Positions 58,419 through 64,000 of a DNA stretch of 64,000 nt are shown piece by piece. Source of the stretch: Hormiphora californensis. Its lineage: Eukaryota; Animalia; Ctenophora. The position numbers and the translations under genes are program-made. The notes beneath the pieces are model-generated. The model ran no database searches. It was not told the origin of the DNA and worked only from the letters and a program-made list of their open reading frames with translations. Position 1 is the stretch's first letter. Each line of letters begins with the position of its first letter. The DNA lies in the NCBI GenBank assembly GCA_020137815.1, contig CM035351.1:6200001-6264000 (forward strand). Direction: 5' to 3'.

Positions 58419-60433
58419 CTGCCAATCGGGTGTGTTCAGGGGTCCTCGAGGGTAGTCGTACTGCTTGGGGTCGAACTCTTTCTTATAGTCCTAGGGAGAA
58501 GGGGGGTTAGGAGACGTGGGACCGGCTGTCATGATGTCAGAACAGCTGGTGTTATCGCACATTTAACAAGAGTTTAACCAGAGTGTGTCAACTCTCTCTC
58601 TCTCAGTCTTCATTTGACTCTTCTCTCTCTCGCTCTCTCTGTCTCTCTCTCTCCCCTCTCTTACATAGCTATATCTATCTCTCTTTTCTCATTCTCAGAT
58701 GCACACATTTAAGTTTCCATTACATCACACCCCTCACTTCTCACCCAGAAACGCTTACATATCTCTCTCTCTCTCTTCTCCCGTACACACACACGTTCTT
58801 GTTATACAGTATAGAAAGACGAATAAAAACGGATTTATACATACCGAGGATCGGACATGATCGTTGGCAATGTCAATCTTGCACACCTCCCTCTTGTTTA
58901 GCTTCTCAGGGGGAAGGTTGTGGACGTTCTCTATCTCGCCTTTATCGGGCTTGTGCCAGGAGGAAATTACCAGATTGAATCCATCCTGGGAGGGAACAAT
59001 TGTTAAGAGAAGGGGAGTTGAAGGGGAGATGGGAGAACAAGTGTAGAGGGGATAGTTGGATAATTGTAATGAAATGTGTAGGTTGACATATTCTGTTATA
59101 GCTTGCATGTGACAAGCTCTCTTTATCTCTCCACCCCTCTCTGTCTCTCTTTATCTCTCCACCCTCTCTCTGTCTCTGTCTCTCTTTATCTCTTCGCCCC
59201 TCTCTGTCTCTGTCTCTCTTTATCTCTACCCTCTCTCTCCCTACCCTCTCCCTCTCAGGTAATTCCAATCCCGACCCACACACACATAAAAGATATCCAA
59301 TGTGGTTCACGCTTTGATACACATCCCACTGCATTCAAATCCACACACGCCCCTAAATTCCGCTAGCCCTGTTGGAATCAAAGACCTCAAAATGTCGCAG
59401 GTTGCATTCTATTTGGAAATTTTTCTTTTTTTCCTCACAATCGTGATAGGTCATAGGAGATAAAAACGCGGTACTAGCTGTTCACATTATTACCTTCATA
59501 TAGTCAGGATTGGTTAGGACTGTTTTGCAGTATGGAAAGGCATTCCAGGCCTCTTCGTGAAGCTCCAGAGATCCAGTAGGAGCAAGGGCCTGGATCCAGC
59601 CAGGCACCTTGTGCTGCAGATGGTATATCTTGTAGGTGTACTGGCCACTCCCAAACTCAGGGTGATCAGTAAAGGGTTCGTTCTTTAACACCTCCACACC
59701 ATCACCACCACCCGTCTCGGCCTTACTGGCCTCCGCTACCACATACAGCTGACCCACCTGGTACTCCTCAACAGTTAGGGGCAGGGTGATCTGGCTGTGG
59801 GGGAGAGAGGGTTAGGAGAGTTGGCTGTCAGGGAGAGATGGGGGTTAGTGGTGCAGTGATCTGGCTGTGGGGGAGGGAGGGGGTTAAAATGTATAGATTG
59901 GGATAATAGAATACTTAGTATTCAATACTTCACAGATTATATATTCTGTGAAGTATTGAATACTAAGTATTCGATTATCCCAATCTATCTATCTATCATA
60001 ATATACTTATAATGATGAATTATTATGCATTCTCACATGATAATTGATAGGTAAGGTAAGTGATCATTGGCATGTGTGTAAAATGAGGTGGTGGAATGGC
60101 AAACAGTATCGGTAGTAGTAATTCAAAGAAATACCTTTCTCACACCCAACACTTCTCTCTTCAAAGATTTAACATGTCACTATCAATTAACACACACCCA
60201 CACTACCCTGGTAGTAGTGTGTGCTACAAGCATGGAATAATTAATGGAGTGAGAGATGAGGTGATGCAATGAGTGAGTGGTCGGTGGTGAGTGTGATGGT
60301 GTATGAGTGTGGGATAAGATGTGCGATGTGTGAGCGTGTGATAAGTGTTGAGTGAGTGGTGTATGAGTGTGATAAGGTGTGTGATGTGTGAGGTGTGATG
60401 TGTGAGTTATACTTACAACTCCTTGATAAGCAT
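58419..60433 (-). CDS. PITPNA: Phosphatidylinositol transfer protein alpha/beta; C-terminal exons not found
   Basis: Exons 60417..60433 (MLIKEF), 59494..59794 ([14 protein letters not shown]...[16 protein letters not shown]...[13 protein letters not shown]), 58845..58985, 58419..58490 (RGPL...DWQ). Confidence 0.9.
59893..59988. mobile_element. 96-bp near-perfect hairpin (MITE-like)
   Basis: atagattgggataat..gaatacttagtattcaatacttcacag / ctgtgaagtattgaatactaagtattc..attatcccaatctat. Confidence 0.75.
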
Positions 60434-60494
60434 TTTCTCTAACCATGCACCCCTTCAGGCCCTACACAAAACAGAGAGAGAGAATGTTAGCAAA

Positions 60495-60496
60495 AC

Positions 60497-60581
<85 letters not shown>

Positions 60582-60765
60582 TAGCAAAACACACAGCAGG
60601 ATAGGAATGAGGAGATGGGTAACTTAATTTCGGGTCATGCGGTGGTAGACACACAGGGCCGGGGTACCGGGTATAAAGGCGGAATGTTTTGCCAGCAACA
60701 GCAGTAGTAGTAGTAGGAGCAAAACGTAATACACACACTGAGACATGGACTGTGAAGTGAGGGAG

Positions 60766-60841
<76 letters not shown>

Positions 60842-60852
60842 CGAGAGAGAGA
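60495..60852. repeat. Two (GA)n microsatellites
   Basis: 60495..60577 and 60766..60852. Confidence 0.9.
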
Positions 60853-61526
60853 GAATCACGTGACCTCACCAACACAAAGAAGCTGAGAAATACGATACAC
60901 ACTGAGCGGATAAAGAAAGAACAAGACAGAGAAATATAAAGATAACTCTAATATAACGCTTAGAGATGATAAGCTAATGTTAACGTCTTTTACAAGTTTA
61001 TCACAGGTTACACGTCATATAGAAGATAGTAACATCACACAATGTCACTATCTGTAGAATGGTAATTTGCACACCCTCATTCTACGGAGAATGACAGAGA
61101 GGAATATGACAGAGAGTAGATAGCTGGCAGACAAAAGGAGAAGATGTAACACACCTGCTACTTCTACTACTACTACTACTGCTACTATTGCCATGAGGCT
61201 GGAGGTATTCAGGGAAATACAACTGGGGAGAGAGTAGATCTTGGGAGAGTATAGATAGGGAGAGTAGATGGGGAGAGAGTAGATATGGAGAGAGTAGATG
61301 GGGTCGGGAGAGAGTAGATAGGGGGAGATGAGGGAGAGTAGATAGAGAGTAGATAGTGATCACAAGATATTATACGGTGTAATTATATCTTTCAAATAAA
61401 GACAATTTACAAACACAAACTGAATATAACAGTTTCCAATATATAGAGAGATAATAATATGAAGAGAAATGGTATTATGAGAGAGGCCCAGCCCGTAAAA
61501 AGATGTCATCACACTCTCTATCCTTC

Positions 61527-62412
61527 TCACATATCCGTATCTTCATCATCTGAATCGTTGAGAGCTTCCTCGGCGTATTTCTTAGCCTCCTCGAATATAT
61601 CCTTGGGTACTAGCTCGTGACGGCCATTAGTATCCTTACCGATCCAACTCAACTCCAATTCAAAGTGCTTGTCCTTAACTTCATCGTGTACACTGTAGAT
61701 CACCTTAGCAACCTCCTTAACCAGCTCCCGGCAGGACATCTTGGACATCTCCAGCTTCTCGATCTCTGTCTTGGCATTCTGTCGGCCCTTGCCCACAGCG
61801 CACCCGTAGTAGCCCCTGGTTGAGCCAGCAGGATCAATCTCCATCAGTTTGGGTCCGTTAACCTCGTCCCAGGTTCCCAGGAGAATACTGAAACGGGCAA
61901 GGGACGGTTAGATAGTGTTAAAATATATTAGCAACTTGACTGGGAGAAATTAATTAACCAAAACTGAGGCAACAATTGAAATCTTATTATAATTGGTTCA
62001 CAATACCTGACTCCGAAAGGTCGCAGACTGCCGTACACGGTGAAGTAGTGCATGTAGTGTCCAAGTCGCTCACACAATGTCTTCAGGGGGATGGGTACTT
62101 GATAAGTATCCCTGAAATTGGCAGCCTCGTCCCTGGCCCTATTGACAGCAGCACGGGCGTCAGACAAGCAGACCAGCTACCGCTGCTCCAATGTGATTGT
62201 CAATACTGTATACCCGCCTGTTAGAACCCTCCTCGTATAGCTTTGAGGTGATGATCTTCTCGACACCAAAGACAACACCGTCACAACCTCGGATTGCGAT
62301 TACTGAAGCCGCTGTTCTCGACTGCTTTAAGGGCGTACTCCACCTGGAAGACTCGGCCGTCTGGGGAGAACTGTCCCGCGGAGAGGTCGTATCCTGAACC
62401 GATAGAACTCAT
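61527..62412 (-). CDS. PSMA3: Proteasome subunit alpha type-3 (alpha7), one intron, two apparent +1 frameshifts
   Basis: [27 protein letters not shown]; LRPFG; [21 protein letters not shown]; [16 protein letters not shown]; intron ~61889..62007. Confidence 0.93.
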
Positions 62413-63033
62413 GGCAGCCTATCGAGAAGAATTGGTGGGTCATTTAAAAAGGTGGAGGGACGATAAAGTCTGAAGATGTTAGATGGCTAGGTTTTAATTT
62501 CTACAATGTGCAATTTTTCGAACCAAATTTTGCTATTTTGGGAAGAGTTTTCAATCACAGATCTGAAACATAGATTCAATACATACTAAATCATCACTAA
62601 TTATGGAAAATGCATCCATCAGCGCTCTTTTCTCGTTAATCAGGCGTAACGCCGCATCAAAGTTGGAGTAAAATTATGGCTTTTCTTAACATGAACCGAT
62701 CCAAAAGTAACGTCAATGACATGTGGGATATGTAGAGAGCTTTAAATTAGCCTCAAAAGCGTGGAAATGTGGCCGGAAGCTAGTTAAAAGAGGCAAACGC
62801 GGGTTTTTTACTTTTTTTAAGTCAAAAAAATTCACGCGACGAGACAAAATTTCAGCTTGAATTTTGGTCCAGAAATCGGACGCGCAAATCATGCGCCGCG
62901 CATCAGTTTTTTCAACCGTTGTTTTTGGGTGTATAAAAGTCCAACTTAAACAGTAAACACGGTGTTTTCTTTATAAATCTGGTCACATAAAAATATTAAA
63001 ACACCCTCCGCGAGCTATGACAGTTCAACAAAA

Positions 63034-64000
63034 CTAAAAATAAGAGTCATCGGGAGGTGGGGGCGGTTTGAATCGTGGTGGATTTGGAGGGCCCATAGAG
63101 TTACTTCCTGTTATCTGAGTTGCCATAGCAATCATATGTTGAATGTTTCTTGGACCTCCTGAGGGATGGGGTTCCCTGGGTGGTGGGGGTCTCAGTCGTG
63201 CCACCCTCACCACGGTACCAGGAGGTGGTGGTCCTCGGTGCATCATTGGCCGGGAGCCAGGAGGGGGAACACCCCGGTACTGCATTGGGGCTCGCATCCC
63301 CGGTGGAGGGGGACCCCGGGAGATGGGTCTCTGGTGGGTGGGAGGTGGTCGCATGGGTGGTGGACGGATGTGGGGTGGACGGGGTGTGGGTCTGGGTGTT
63401 GGCCGACTGTGGACAGCTGGGACATCAGCTCTTCCCCCTGTGTCAGGGAACTGTTGGTTGCTGACTGCATTCCTTGTGGTACTGATTAGACTCTGGAGTG
63501 AGCTGGATATCGTTGAACCTCCTGATGATACTGGGGGCTTCCCCATCAGCTTTGTCTGAAACAGTTCACACGTTTAGTTAGTTGATTAAAGTACTAAAAT
63601 TAGCCTAGATACTGTCACATCAGAACATTAGGATACTGTCCACGACGCAACTAAACGCAAGGATCAGTATAATACTTACTGGTGCTGGACGGTTTGGATC
63701 TTGGTTCATGGATGTAGCAAATGTTCCGACTTTAGTGGGCGGTGCCTTTACTGGTACAAACACTACCGACATGACTCCTGACGTGGGACATTCCTCTGGA
63801 TAGGGCTGTCCGTATTTCTCAGCCTCCAACTTAACGATCTAAGAGGGGGGGGGGTATCAACTAACTGTAACAGGATAGGGTATGCTACAATTTACAAGAA
63901 ATAATCACAAACCTGTCGGATAGCTGCTAGAGCTGCTCTTCCCTTGGCCTCCTTCTTCGTACCCCCTGCCCTACTAGACGGGAACTCTCCCCAGGCAGTC
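63034..64000 (-). CDS. 3' exons of a proline-rich protein of unknown identity (5' part outside the window)
   Basis: AG/GT-bounded open exons ~63914..64000, ~63680..63838 and ~63034..63555 with RPPP/PPPG repeats. Confidence 0.6.

Overview
Eukaryotic (animal) genomic DNA with GT-AG introns and abundant (GA)n microsatellites. It is most likely from a cydippid ctenophore, inferred from a 42-nt match to the Pleurobrachia-type spliced leader (as I recall it) and from nested intronic genes. Genes: a 21-kb FHOD formin (- strand) with a nested antisense astacin-ShKT-FN3 gene and an intact CR1 LINE in its introns; a tightly packed co-directional cilia-associated trio (CCDC148, ZNF474-like, TEX49-like); intronless eIF2-alpha followed 174 bp later by a TDRKH-like gene that hosts a nested EamA transporter and a 1.34-kb palindromic Chapaev-like element; archaemetzincin and PITP, which converge and both lack recognisable last exons; PSMA3; and a partial proline-rich gene. 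The left end is a tandem array of an unknown acidic, membrane-anchored coiled-coil gene family, interrupted by a 5'-truncated CRE-like retrotransposon with a poly(A) tail and a 14-bp TSD. The most notable observations are a genomic spliced-leader exon followed by GT and hairpins inside a PITP intron, and operon-like gene clusters consistent with SL trans-splicing. Exon coordinates were read by eye and may be off by a few bases.
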